Part shown: positions 1 through 15,600 of the stretch, piece by piece
Layout: each line of letters begins with the position of its first letter
Position numbering within the stretch: the stretch's first letter is position 1
Origin: the human T2T-CHM13v2.0 reference genome, Homo sapiens
Reading direction: 5' to 3' (one strand)
Assembly: GCF_009914755.1 (NCBI RefSeq)
Contig: NC_060940.1
Length of the DNA stretch: 64,000 nt
Notes under the pieces: model-generated
What the model saw: the letters and a program-made list of their open reading frames with translations, nothing else
Told to the model about the DNA's origin: nothing
The model's database searches: none
Made by a program: the position numbers and the translations under genes

Positions 1-3000
1 GATGATTCCTTTCAAGTTCATTAGATGATTCCATTCGATTCCATTTGATGATGATCCCATTCGAGTCCATTCAGTGATTCCACTCGTTTCCATTCCATGA
101 TGATTCCATTCCATTCCATTCAATGATTCCATTCGATTCCGTTTGATGATGATTTCATTCGAGTCCATTTGATGATTCCATTTGATTCCATTCGATGATG
201 ATTCCATTCGAGTCCATTCGATGATTCTATTCGAATCCATTTGATGATTTCTTTTGATTATATTTGGTGATGATTCCATTGGAGTCCATTCAATGATTCC
301 ATTCGATTCCAATCGATGGTGGTTCCATTAGAGTCCATTTAATGATTCCATTTGATTCCAGTCTCTGATGTTTACATTCGAGTCCATACGATGATTCCAC
401 TCAACTCCATATGATGATGATTCCATTCGATTCCATTCGATGATTCCATTCTATTCTATTCAATGGTGATTCCATTCGAGTACATTAGATGATTCCATTC
501 GATTCCATTCAATGATGATTCTACTTGTGTCCGTTAGATGATTCCACATGATTCCATTAGATGATGATACTATTTGAGCCCATCCAATGATTCCCTTCGA
601 TTCCATTCGATGAGGATTCCATTCGATTCAATTCATTGGTGATTCTATTCAATTCAATTCTTTGATTCAATTCCATTCCATTCGACAATGATTCCATTCG
701 ATTTCTTTCGATGATTCCACTCGATTTCACTTGACATTGATTCCATTCGATTCCATTCAATGATTCCATTTGATTCCAGTGGATGATGATTGCCGTCGAT
801 TCCATTCGATCACTCCATTCTGTTCCATTTGATGATGATTACATTCGATTCCATTTGATGATTCCATCTGATTCTATTCGAGGATTCCATTTGATTCCAT
901 TCGATGATGATTCCATTCGAGTCCATTCGATGATTTCATTCGAGTACATCCAATGATTCCATTCGAGTCCATTTGATGATTCCATTTCATTCCATTTGAT
1001 TATGATTCTACTAGAGTCCATTCAATGACTCCATTCGAGTCCATTCAACAGTTCCATCCGAGTCCATTCGGTGATTCCATTCGTTTCCATTTGATGATTC
1101 CATTCGAGTCCATTTAATCATTACAGTCGAGTCCATTTGGTGATTCCACTGGATTTCTTTTGATAATGATACCATTCAATTACATTTGATGATGATCCCA
1201 TTCAATTTCATTTGATGATGATTCCATTAGAGTCCATTCCATGATTTCATTCGAGTCCCTTCATTGATTCCATCCGATTTCATTTCATGATGACTCCATT
1301 CGAGTCCATTCGATGATTCCACTCGATTCCTTTAGATGATTCCATTGGAGTCCATTTGATTGTTCCATTCGATTCCATTCGATTCCTTTCGAAGATTATT
1401 CCATTTGAGTCCATTCGATGATGATTCCATTCCATTCCATTCGATGATTCCGTTTGATTCCATTCGATGATTCCCTGTGATTCCTTTCTATGATGATTCC
1501 ATTCCATTCCATTCAATGATTCCATTCGAATCTATTCCATGATGATTCCTTTCGATTCCATTCGCTGATGTTTCCGTTCAATTCCATTCGATGATGATTC
1601 CATTCGATTCCATTCATTGAGGATTCCATTGGATTCCATTCAATGATGATTCCATTCTATTCCATTCAATGATTGCATTCAATTCCATTCAATGATTATG
1701 CCATTAGAGTAAATTCAACGATTCCATTCAATACCATTCGATGATGATTCCTTTTGAGTCCATTCAATGATTTCATTCAAGTCCATTTGATGATTCCTTT
1801 CAATTCCATTCCATGATGATTCCATTCGAGTCCATTCGATGATTCCATTCGATTGCATTCGATGATTCCATTATATTCCATTCAACGATGATTCCATTCG
1901 AGTCCATTCGATGATTCCATTAGAGTACATTTCATGATTGCTTTGTTTTCAATTCGAAGATGATTACATTGGATTCCATTCTATGATTCCATTCGATTGC
2001 ATTCATTGATGATTCCACCCAATTCCATTCGATGATGATTCCATTCGATTTCAATGATTCTACTCGATTCCATTCAATGATGATTCAATTCTATTCCGTT
2101 TGATGATTCCATTAGATTCCATTCTATGATGATTCCATTCGAGTCCATTCGAAGATTTCATTCGATTACATTCCATGACGATTCCATTCGAGTCCATTCG
2201 ATGATTCCATTTGAATCCATTCGACGATGATTCCATTTGATGCTATTCGATGATTCCATTGGATTCCATTCGATGATGATTCCATTCGACTTGATTTGAT
2301 GTTTCTATTTGAGTCCATTCGGTTATTTTATTAGACTACATTCGATGATGATTCCATTCGATGCCATTCAATGATTCCATTTGATTCCACTCAATGATGA
2401 TTGCATTCGTGTCCATTCGATGATTCCATTTGGTTCCATTTGATGATGATTCCATTCGAGTCCATTCGATGATACCATTCAATTCCATTCGATGATCATT
2501 CCATTCGAATCCATTTGATGATTCCACTCAATTCCATTTGATGACTCCTTTCATTCCCATTCGATGATTCCCTTCAGTTCCAATTGGATGATCTTTCCAT
2601 TTGATTCAATATGGTGACTCCATTCTATTATATTCAATGATGATTCCATTCGACTCCATTAGATGATGACTCCATTCCATTCCATTCGATTGTGATTTCA
2701 TTCGATTCCATTCGAAGATGATTCCATTCGAGTCCATTTGATGATTCCATTCGATTCCATTCAATGATGATTCCACTCAAATCCATTGGATGATTCCATT
2801 CGTTTCCAATTGGTGATTTCATTAGATTCCATTCGAGGATGATTCTATTCGAGTCCATTCAATGATTCCATTGGATTCCGTTTGATAATGATTCCATTAG
2901 AGTTCATTCGATGATTCCCTTCGAGTCCATTCGATTATTTCTTTTGATTCCATTTGATGATGATTCCATTCGATTCCATTCAATGATTCCATTCCATTCC

Positions 3001-6000
3001 ATTCGATGATGATTCCATTCGATAATGATTACATTCGAGCCCATGTGATGATTCCATTAGATTCTATTCAATGATGATTCCATTCGACCACATTCGATGA
3101 TGGCATTCGAGTCCATTCGATGATTTCACTCGATTCCACTTGATGATGATTCCTTTTGAGTCCATTTGATGATTACATTCGAGTCCATGAGATGACTCCA
3201 TTCGATTCCATTTCATGATGATGCAATTCGAGGCTATTCGATCATCCCATTTTAGTGCATTCGGTGATTCTCTTTTATTACATTCGATGAGGGCTCCATT
3301 CGAGTCCATTCAATGATTCCATTAGATTCCACTCGATGATGATTCCATTTGAGTCCATTCAAAGATTCCTTTCGAGTCCATTCGATAATTCTATTGGATT
3401 CCACTAGGTGATGATTCCTTTCGAGTCAATTCGATGATTCCTTTCAAGTGCCTTCAATGATTCCATTCGATTCCATTCGATGACGATTCATTTCAAGTCC
3501 ATTCAATGGTTCCATTCTGTTGAATTTGATGGTTCCATTGGATTCCATTCGATGATGATTCCATTCGTGTCCATTGGATGATTCCATTCGATTCCTTTCG
3601 AGGAAGATTCCATTCGACTCCATTCGATGATTCCGTTCGATTCCATTCCATGATGATTCCATTTGATTCCATTCCATGATTCCATTCGATACCATTCGAT
3701 GATGATTCCATTCGACTCCATTTGATGAATCCATTCAATGCTTCCATTCGAGTCCATTCGATGATTCCATTCGATTCCATTCCATGAAGATTCCATTCGA
3801 GTACATTTGATGATTCCATTTAATTCCATAGGATGATGATTCTATTAGGGTCCGTTGACTATTCCATTCAATTCCATTCGAAGATTCCATTCGAGTCCAC
3901 TCGATGATTCTATTTGATTCCATTTGATAATTCCATTCGATTCCATTTGATGTTGATTCCATTCGAGTCCATTCGATCATTATTACATTTGATTCTATTC
4001 GATGATTCCATTCGATTCCATTTGATGAGGATTCCATTCGAGACCATTTGATGATTCCATTCAATTCCATTGGATGATTCCAATATTTTCCATTAGATGA
4101 TGATTCCATTCGATTCCATTCAATGATGATTCCATCAGAATCCATTCGATGATGACTCCTTTTGCTTCCATTCAATGATCATTACATTCGGTTCCATTCG
4201 ATGATGATTCCTTTGGATTCCATTCGATGATGCTTCCATTCGATTCCATTTGATGATGATTCTTTTCGATTCCATTTGATGATGATTCCATTTGATTCCA
4301 TTCGATGGTGATTCCATTTGATGATTCCATTCGATTGTATTCGATGATGATTCCACTCGATTCTATTTGATGATGACTGCATTCGATTCCATTTGATGAT
4401 TCCATTTGATTCCATTCGATGATGATTCTGATCAATTGCATTCGATGATCCATTCGATTCCATTTGATGGTTCCATTTGATTCCATTTGATAATGATTCC
4501 TTTCGAGTCCATTCGATGATTCCATTTGCGGATATTCGATAATTCCATTTGAGTCCAACCGATGATTCCATTCGAGGCCATTCAATCATTCTTTTTGAGT
4601 CCTTTCGATAAAGATTCCATTTTAGTCCATTCAATAATTCCACTGGAGTCCATTCGATGATTGCTTTTAATTCCATTCGATGATATTCCATTCGAGTCCA
4701 TTCGATGATTCCATTCGTTGCTATTAGATGATGATTCCATTCATGACCATTTGGTGATTCCATTCGATTTCATTCGTTGATGATTCCATTCGAGTCCATT
4801 CCATGATTCCATTCAAGTCCATTTGAAGATTTCTTTGAATTCAATTCGATGATGATTCCATTCGAGTCCATTCGATGATTCCATTCAGTTCCATTCGATG
4901 ATGATTCCTTTCGAGACCATATGATGATTCCATTTGATTTCATTCGATGATGATTCCATTCGATTCCATTCGATGATTCCATTCTATTCCATTCGATGAT
5001 GATTCCATTCGAGTCCATTTAATGATTCCATTGGGTTCAATTCAATGATGATTACATTGGATTCTCTTCTATGATACCATTCAATTCCGTTCATTGACAA
5101 TTTGATTCCATTCGATGATGATTCCATTTGAGTTCATTCGATGATTCTATTCGATTCTCTTCGATGGTGATTCAATTCTATTATATTGGATGATTCCATT
5201 CGATTCCATTTGATGTTGATTCAATTCGATTCTATTCGATGATGATTCCATTGGATTTCATTTGATGATTCTATTCGATTCCATTCAATGATGATTCACT
5301 TCTCGTCCATTGGATGATTCCATTTCATTCCATTCGATGATGATTCCATTCGTTTCCATTCGATGATTCCATTTGATTCCATTCGACGGTGAGCAATTCG
5401 ATTCAATTCCATGATGATTCTATTTGATTCAGTTAGATGATGTTTCCATTCGAATCCATTCCATGATTATTCCATTGGAATCCATTCGGCGATGATTCCA
5501 TATGAGTCAATTCAATGATGCTTCCATATGGGTCAGTTCGATGATAATTCCATTTGATTTCATTCGATGCTTCTATTCAATTCCAGTCGATGATGATTCC
5601 GTTGGAGTCCATACGATGACTCCATTTGATTTCATTTGATGGTGATTCCATTCGATTCCATTCGATGACTCCATTCTGTTCCATTCGATGATGATTCCAT
5701 TCGAGTCCATTCGATGATTCCATTCGAGTCCATTTCATGATTCCATTGGGTTCAATTCGATGATGATTACACTGGATTCCATTCTATGATTCCATTCAAT
5801 TCCATTCGTTGATGATTCGATTCCATTCAATGATGATTCCATTTGAGTTCATTCGATGATTCTATTCGATTCCGTTCGATGGTGATTCAATTCTATTATA
5901 TTGGATGATTCCATTCGATTCCATTTGATGATGATTCCATTCGATTCCATTCGATGATGATTCCATTTGATTCCATTTGATGTTGATTCTATTCGATTCT

Positions 6001-9000
6001 ATTCAATGATGATTCCATTCGATTTCATTTGATGATTCTATTCGATTCCTTTCGATGATTCTATTCCATTCCATTCGATGATGATTCAATTCTCTTCCAT
6101 TGGATGATTCCATTTTATTCCATTCGACGATGACTCCATTTGATTCCATTCAATGATGATTCCATTCGATTCCATTCGGTGATTCCATTTGATTCCATTC
6201 GACGGTGAGCAATTTGATTCAATTCCATAATGATTCTATTTGATTCAATTAGATGATGTTTCCATTCGAATCCATTCGGTGATGATTCCATTGGTATCCA
6301 TTCGACGATGATTCCATATGAGTCAATTCGATGATGATTCCATACGAGTCCGTTGGATGATAATTCCATTTGATTTCATTCAATCCTTCTATTCGATTCC
6401 ATTTGATGATGATTCCATCTGAATCCATTCTCCGATTCCATTCGATTTCATTCGATGCTTCTATTTGATTTCATTCGAAGATGATTCCTTTCAATTCCGT
6501 TCATTAATTCCATTTGATTCCATTCGATGATGATTCCATCCGATTCCATTGGATGATGATTCCATTCGAGTCCATTCGATGATTCCGTTCTAATCCATTC
6601 TATGATTCCATTCGAGTCCATTCGATGATTCCATTCGATTCCATTCAGTGATGATTCCATTTGATTCCATCTGATGATGATTTCATTTGATTCCATTCGA
6701 TGATGATTCCATTGGAGTCCATTGAATGATTCAATTCAATTCCATTCCATGTGGATTCCATTCGAATTCATTCGATTATTCCATTCAAATCCCTTCGTTG
6801 ATTCCATCTGATTCCACTTGACGATGATTCCATTCAAGTCCAATCGATGATTCCATTCGGTTCCATTCAATGATTCCATTCGAGTCCATTTATGTATTAT
6901 ATTCGTGTCCACTTGATGACTCACTCCATTCAATTCCATTTAATGATGATTCCATTTGATTCCATTTGATGATTCAGTTCGATTCCTTACAATGATTCCC
7001 TACGATTCCTTTCTATGATGATTCCATTCGATTCCATTCATTGATGATTCCATTCGACTCCATTCAATGATGATTCCTTTCGATTCCATTTGACGATGTT
7101 TCCATTTGAGTCCATTCGATGATGATTCCATTGGTATCCATTCGACGATGATTCCATATGAGTCAATTCGATGATGATTCCATACGAGTCCGTTGGATGA
7201 TAATTCCATTTGATTTCATTCAATCCTTCTATTCGATTCCATTTGATGATGATTCCATCTGAATCCATTCTCCGATTCCATTCGATTTCATTCGATGCTT
7301 CTATTTGATTTCATTCGAAGATGATTCCTTTCAATTCCATTCATTAATTCCATTTGATTCCATTCGATGATGATTCCATCCGATTCCATTGGATGATGAT
7401 TCCACTCGAGTCCATTCGATGATTCCGTTCTAATCCATTCTATGATTCCATTCGAGTCCATTCGATGATTCCATTCGATTCCATTCAGTGATGATTCCAT
7501 TTGATTCCATCGGATGATGATTTCATTTGATTCCATTCGATGATGATTCCATTGGAGTCCATTGAATGATTCAATTCAATTCCATTCCATGTGGATTCCA
7601 TTCGAATTCATTCGATTATTCCATTCAAATCCCTTCGTTGATTCCATCTGTTTCCACTTGACGATGATTCCATTCAAGTCCAATCGATGATTCCATTCGG
7701 TTCCATTCAATGATTCCATTCGAGTCCATTTATGTATTATATTCGTGTCCACTTGATGACTCACTCCATTCAATTCCATTTAATGATGATTCCATTTGAT
7801 TCCATTTGATGATTCAGTTCGATTCCTTACAATGATTCCCTACGATTCCTTTCTATGATGATTCCATTCGATTCCATTCATTGATGATTCCATTCGACTC
7901 CATTCGATGATGATTCCTTTCGATTCCATTTGACGATGTTTCCATTTGAGTCCATTCGATGATGATTCAATTCAGTTCTGTTCTATTATGAATCCATTCG
8001 ATTTCATTCAATGCTTCTATTTGATTCCATTCGACGATGATTCCATCTCTTTCCCTTCGATGTTTCTATTTGATTCCATTCAGTGATGATTCCATTTGAT
8101 TCCATCTGATGATGATTTCACTTGATTCATTTCAATGATGATTCCATTCAAGTCCATTCGATGATTCCATTGGAGTCCAAACGATCATTCCATTCGATTC
8201 CATTCAATGATGATTCCATTCATGTCCATTCAATGAATCCTTTCAATTCCATTCGATGATGACTCCATTCGAGTACATTCGATGATTCCATTTGATTCCA
8301 TTTGATGATGATTACATTCAATTCCATTCGAAGATGATTCCATTCAATTCCACTTGATGATGATTCCGTATGAATCCATTCGCTGATTATTCCATTCGAT
8401 TCCATTCATTGACGATTCCATTCGATTCCATTCAATGATGATTCTCTTCTATTCCATTCGATGATTCCGGTCGATTCCATTCGATGATGATTCCATTAGA
8501 TTCCATTCGATTGTTGCATTCGATTCCCTTCGATGATGATTCCTTTGAATTCCATTCGATTATCATTCCGTATGAATCCATTTGATGATTATTCCATTGG
8601 ATTCCTTTCGATGATGATTCCATTCGATTCCATTTGATGATGTTTCTCATGTATTCCATTTGATAATTCCTTTCAATTCCCTTCGATGATGATTCTTTCG
8701 AGTCAATTCGATGATTCTATTCCATTCCCTTCGATGATGATTCCATTTCACTCCATTCGATGATTCCATTCGATTCAATTTGGTGATGATTCAATTCGAT
8801 GACATTCGATGACTCCATTCAATTTCATTTGATGATGATTACATTCGAGTCCATTTGATGATTGTATTCCTTTCCTTTTGATGATTATTCCATTCGTGTC
8901 TATTCAAAGATTCCATTCTATTCCATTCAATGATGATTCCAATTGATTCCATTCAATGATTATGGCTATCGATTCCACTCGTTGATTCCATTTGATTCCA

Positions 9001-12000
9001 TTCGATGATTATTCCGTTAGATTCCATTAGGAGATTCCATTCGATTTTATTCAATGATTCCAATTGATTCCATTCAATGATGATTCCATTCGACTCCATT
9101 CAGTGATTCCATTTGAGTCCATTTGATGATTCCATTCGAGTCCATTTGATGATTCCATTCTTTTCCATTTGATGATGATTCCATTAGGGTCCATTCAATG
9201 ATTCCATTCGAGTCCATTCGTTAATGCCTTTCGAGTCCTTTTGATCACTACATTCGAGTCCATTCAATGATTCTATTCGATTCCATTCCATGATGATTCC
9301 ATTCGAGTTCATTCGATGATTGCATTCGAGTCCATTTGATGATTCCATAAGATTCCATTCGACAATGATTCCATTCGTGTCCATTTGATGATTCCATTCA
9401 TTTCCTATCGATGAAGATTCCATTCGAGTGTATTCGATGATTCCATTCAAATCCATTCGATGATGATTCCATTCCAGTCCATTCGATCATTCCACTTGAT
9501 TCCATTTGATGACTATTCCATTCAAATCCATTTGATGATTCCATTCGATTCCATTCGATGTTACCATTCCAGTATACACGATGATTCCACTCGATTCCAT
9601 TTGATGATTATTCCATTGGAGTCGACTTAGTGAATCCTTTAGATTCTACTCGAAGATGATTCCATTCGAGTCCATTCGATGATACCATTCAATTCCATTC
9701 GTTGATGCTTCCATTCAAGTGCATTCGATGATATCATTCGATTCCATTTGATGATAATTCCATTTGATTCCATGTGATGATTCTATTCCATTCCATTCAA
9801 TGATAATTCCATTCAATTCAGTGATTCCTCTGGACTCCATTTGATGATGATTCCATTCAATGATTCCATTCGATTCTATTCGAAAATGATTCCATTTGAA
9901 TCCATTTGATGATGATTCCATTCGATTCCATTTGATGATTCCATTCGATTCCATTCGACGATGATTCCATTCGATTCCATTTGATGATTCCATTCTATTC
10001 TATTCGATGATGATTCCATTCGATTCCATTCGATGATGATTGGATTCGATTCCATTTGATGATTTCATTTGATTCCATTCGATGATGATTTCGATCAATT
10101 CCATTCGATGATTCCATTCGATTCCATTTGATAATGATTACATCCGAGTCCATTCGATGATTCCATTTGAGCCCGTTCGATAATTCCATTTGAGTCCAAT
10201 CAATGATTCCATTCATTTCCATTCAATGATTCCATTCGAGTCCATTTGATCATTCCGGTAGGGTCCGTTCGATGTTGATTCCATTGGAGTGCATTCGATG
10301 ATTCCATTCGAGTCCATTTTAGGATTTGATTCGAGTCCTTTCGATGATTCCATTCGATTCCACTCGATGCGATGATGATTTCATTCGAGTCCATTCGACA
10401 CTTCCAATCGATTCCATTTGATGTTTCCATTCGAGTCCAATTGATGATTCCATTCAATTCCATTCGATGATGATTCCGTACGATTCCATTCTGTGATGAT
10501 TCCATGTGATTGCATTCAATGATGATTCCTTTCGATTGCATTCGATTATGATTCATTTCGTGTTCATTCTATGGTTCCACAGGTTTCACATCGTGTCCAT
10601 TCCATTATTCCATTCTATTCCATTTGATGATGATTCCATTCGATTCCATTCATTGGTGATTCCACTCAATTCCATTCAATGATTCCATTCCATTTCTTTC
10701 AACAATGATTCCATTAGTTTCTAATCGATGATCCACTTGATTCCATTTGACGATGATTCCATTCTTGTCCATTCGATGATTCCATTTGATTCCATATGAT
10801 GATGATTCCATTCGATTCCATACGATGATGATTCCATTCGAGTCCATTCAATGGTGATTCCATTCAATTCCATTCGATGATTCCTTTCGATTCCATTTGA
10901 TGATGATGGCATTCGATTCCTTTCAATCATTCCCTTTGATTCCACTCAAAGGTGATTTCATTCAAGTCCATTCGATAATTGCATTCGATTCCATTCTATG
11001 ATGATTCCATTCGAGTCCATTTGATGATTCCATTCAATTCAAGTCAATGATGATTCCATTCGATTCCATTCGATGATTCCATTGGATTCCATTCGATGAT
11101 GATTCCATTCAAATCCATTCGATAATTCAATTCACGTCCATTCGATGATGATTCCAATCGAATCCATTCAAAGATTCCATTCAATTCCATTCGATGATTC
11201 CCTTAGATTCCATTCGATGATTCCACTTGATTCCATTTACGATGATTCCATTCGATTCCATGTGATGATTCCATTCAATTCTATTCAATGATGTTTCCAT
11301 TTGATTCCATTCGACCATGATTGCCTTTGATTCCATTCAATGATTCCATTCGGTTCCGTTTGATGATGATTCCGTTCGATTCCATTTGATGATTCCATTT
11401 GATTCCATTGGATGAGTCCATTCGATTACATTCGATGATTATTCCATTCGAGTGCATTAGATGATTCCATTCGAGTCCATTCGATGATTCCATTCGAGTC
11501 CATTCGATGATTCCATTCGATTCCATTCGATGTTGATTCTGTTCAAATCCATTCGATGATTCCACTTGATTCCATTCGATGACTCCATTTGATCCCATTC
11601 GATGATTTCCTTTGATTCCCTTTGATGATCATTCCATTTGATTCAATTCGGTGATTTCATTTGATTCCATTCAGTGATGTTTCCATTCGACTCCATTCGA
11701 TGATGATTCCATTCGACTCCATTCGATTATGATTTCATTCAATTCCATTCGATAAAGATTCCCTTCGAGTCCAATCGATGATTCCATTCGATTCCATTCA
11801 ACGATGATTTGATTCGTGTCCATTCGATGATTCCATTTGATTCCACTTGATGATGATTCCATTCGAGTCCATTTGATGATTCCATTCAATTCCATTCTCC
11901 GATGATTTCTTTTGAGCCCATTCAATGCTTCCACTCGATTACATATGATGATGACTCCATTCGATGAAACTCGATGATGATTCCATTCGCTTGCATTCGA

Positions 12001-12669
12001 TGATGGTTCCACTTGAGTCCGTTAGAAGTTTCTATTCAATTACATTCCATGACGATTCCGTTCGAGTCCATTTGATGATTCCATTACACTCCATTCGACA
12101 ATGATTCCATTCAATGTTATTCGATGATTCCATTCGATCTCATTCGATGATGATTCCATTCAACTCCATTCGATGTTTCCATTCGAGTTCATTCTATTAT
12201 TCCATTAGATTCCATTCGATGATGATTCCATTCGATTCCATTTGATGATTGCATTCTATTTCATTTGATGATGATTCCATTCGAGTCCATTCGATGATTC
12301 CATTCGAGTCCATTTAATGAATCCATTGGTTTCAATTCTATGATGATTACATTGGATTCCATTCGTTGATGATTTCATTCGATTCCATTCAATGATGATT
12401 CCATTCAATTCCATTCAATGATTCCATTCAATTCCATACGATGATGATTCCATTTGATTTGATTCGACAGTGAGCCATTCGATTCAATTCCATGATGATA
12501 CTATTTGATTCACTTGGTTGACATTTCCATTCGATTCCATTCGATGATGATTCCATTTGATTCCATTCAAAGATGATTCCATTCTAGCCCATTCAATCAT
12601 TCCATTCGATTCTATTCAATGATGATTCCATTCATGTCGATTTGGTGATTCCATTTGACTTCATTTGAT
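1..12669 (+). repeat. Long composite higher-order unit L1 (12,669 bp; phase set arbitrarily at window start)
   Basis: GATGATTCCTTTCAAGTTCATTAG at position 1 recurs at 12670. Landmark ORFs recur at +12646 after a 23-bp deletion near 13095 (557/13203, 2634/15280, 4182/16828, 6115/18761). Confidence 0.92.
6281..7960 (+). repeat. Nested 840-bp tandem duplication inside L1 (6281-7120 and 7121-7960)
   Basis: GATGATTCCATTGGTATCCA starts at both 6281 and 7121. ORF pairs 6448/7288 and 6736/7576 are offset by exactly 840. Identity ends near 7968 (GATGATTCAATTCAG). Confidence 0.93.
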
Positions 12670-15600
12670 GATGATTCCTTTCAAGTTCATTAGATGATTC
12701 CATTCGATTCCATTTGATGATGATCCCATTCGAGTCCATTCAGTGATTCCACTCGTTTCCATTCCATGATGATTCCATTCCATTCCATTCAATGATTCCA
12801 TTCGATTCCGTTTGATGATGATTTCATTCGAGTCCATTTGATGATTCCATTTGATTCCATTCGATGATGATTCCATTCGAGTCCATTCGATGATTCTATT
12901 CGAATCCATTTGATGATTTCTTTTGATTATATTTGGTGATGATTCCATTGGAGTCCATTCAATGATTCCATTCGATTCCAATCGATGGTGGTTCCATTAG
13001 AGTCCATTTAATGATTCCATTTGATTCCAGTCTCTGATGTTTACATTCGAGTCCATACGATGATTCCACTCAATTCCATATGATGATGATTCCATTCTAT
13101 TCTATTCAATGGTGATTCCATTCGAGTACATTAGATGATTCCATTCGATTCCATTCAATGATGATTCTATTAGTGTCCCTTAGATGATTCCACATGATTC
13201 CATTAGATGATGATACTACTTGAGCCCATCCAATGATTCCCTTCGATTCCATTCGATGAGGATTCCATTCGATTCAATTCATTGGTGATTCTATTCAGTT
13301 CAATTCTTTGATTCCATTCCATTCCATTCGACAATGATTCCATTCGATTTCTTTCGATGATTCCACTCGATTCCACTTGACATTGATTCCATTCGATTCC
13401 ATTCAATGATTCCATTTGATTCCAGTGGATGATGATTGCCATCGATTCCATTTGATCACTCCATTCTATTCCATTTGATGATGATTACATTCGATTCCAT
13501 TTGATGATTCCATCTGATTCTATTCGAGGATTCCATTTGATTCCATTCGATGATGATTCCATTCGAGTCCATTCGATGATTTCATTCGAGTACATCCAAT
13601 GATTCCATTCGAGTCCATTTGATGATTCCATTTCATTCCATTTGATTATGATTCTACTAGAGTCCATTCAATGACTCCATTCGAGTCCATTCAACAATTC
13701 CATCCGAGTCCATTCGATGATTCCATTCGATTCCATTTGATGATTCCATTCGAGTCCATTTAATCATTACAGTCGAGTCCATTTGGTGATTCCACTGGAT
13801 TTCTTTTGATAATGATACCATTCAATTACATTTGATGATGATCCCATTCAATTTCATTTGATGATGATTCCATTAGAGTCCATTCCATGATTTCATTCGA
13901 GTCCCTTCATTGATTCCATCCGATTTCATTTCATGATGACTCCATTCGAGTCCATTCGATGATTCCACTCGATTCCATTAGATGATTCCATTGGAGTCCA
14001 TTTGATTGTTCCATTCGATTCCATTCGATTCCTTTCGAAGATTATTCCATTTGAGTCCATTCGATGATGATTCCATTCCATTCCATTCGATGATTCCGTT
14101 TGATTCCATTCGATGATTCCCTGCGATTCCTTTCTATGATGATTCCATTCCATTCCATTCAATGATTCCATTCGAATCTATTCCATGATGATTCCTTTCG
14201 ATTCCATTCGCTGATGTTTCCGTTCAATTCCATTCGATGATGATTCCATTCGATTCCATTCATTGAGGATTCCATTGGATTCCATTCAATGATGATTCCA
14301 TTCTATTCCATTCAATGATTGCATTCAATTCCATTCAATGATTATGCCATTAGAGTAAATTCAACGATTCCATTCAATACCATTCGATGATGATTCCTTT
14401 TGAGTCCATTCAATGATTTCATTCAAGTCCATTTGATGATTCCTTTCAATTCCATTCCATGATGATTCCATTCGAGTCCATTCGATGATTCCATTCGATT
14501 GCATTCGATGATTCCATTATATTCCATTCAACGATGATTCCATTCGAGTCCATTCGATGATTCCATTAGAGTACATTTAATGATTGCTTTGTTTTCAATT
14601 CGAAGATGATTACATTGGATTCCATTCTATGATTCCATTCGATTGCATTCATTGATGATTCCACCCAATTCCATTCGATGATGATTCCATTCGATTTCAA
14701 TGATTCTACTCGATTCCATTCAATGATGATTCAATTCTATTCCGTTTGATGATTCCATTAGATTCCATTCTATGATGATTCCATTCGAGTCCATTCGAAG
14801 ATTTCATTCGATTACATTCCATGACGATTCCATTCGAGTCCATTCGATGATTCCATTTGAATCCATTCGACGATGATTCCATTTGATGCTATCCGATGAT
14901 TCCATTGGATTCCATTCGATGATGATTCCATTCGACTTGATTTGATGTTTCTATTTGAGTCCATTCGGTTATTTTATTAGACTACATTCGATGATGATTC
15001 CATTCGATGCCATTCAATGATTCCATTTGATTCCACTCAATGATGATTGCATTCGTGTCCATTCGATGATTCCATTTGGTTCCATTTGATGATGATTCCA
15101 TTCGAGTCCATTCGATGATACCATTCAATTCCATTCGATGATCATTCCATTCGAATCCATTTGATGATTGCACTCAATTCCATTTGATGACTCCTTTCAT
15201 TCCCATTCGATGATTCCCTTCAGTTCCAATTGGATGATCTTTCCATTTGATTCAATATGGTGACTCCATTCTATTATATTCAATGATGATTCCATTCGAC
15301 TCCATTAGATGATGACTCCATTCCATTCCATTCGATTGTGATTTCATTCGATTCCATTCGAAGATGATTCCATTCGAGTCCATTTGATGATTCCATTCGA
15401 TTCCATTCAATGATGATTCCACTCAAATCCATTGGATGATTCCATTCGTTTCCAATTGGTGATTTCATTAGATTCCATTCGAGGATGATTCTATTCGAGT
15501 CCATTCAATGATTCCATTGGATTCCGTTTGATAATGATTCCATTAGAGTTCATTCGATGATTCCCTTCGAGTCCATTCGATTATTTCTTTTGATTCCATT

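Noticed and set aside
10560-10600. Atypical stretch TTCTATGGTTCCACAGGTTTCACATCGTGTCC as a possible insertion or splice/regulatory element
   Set aside because: It aligns in phase with a mutated monomer, recurs in every unit and has no target-site duplication or transposon similarity that I can recognise.
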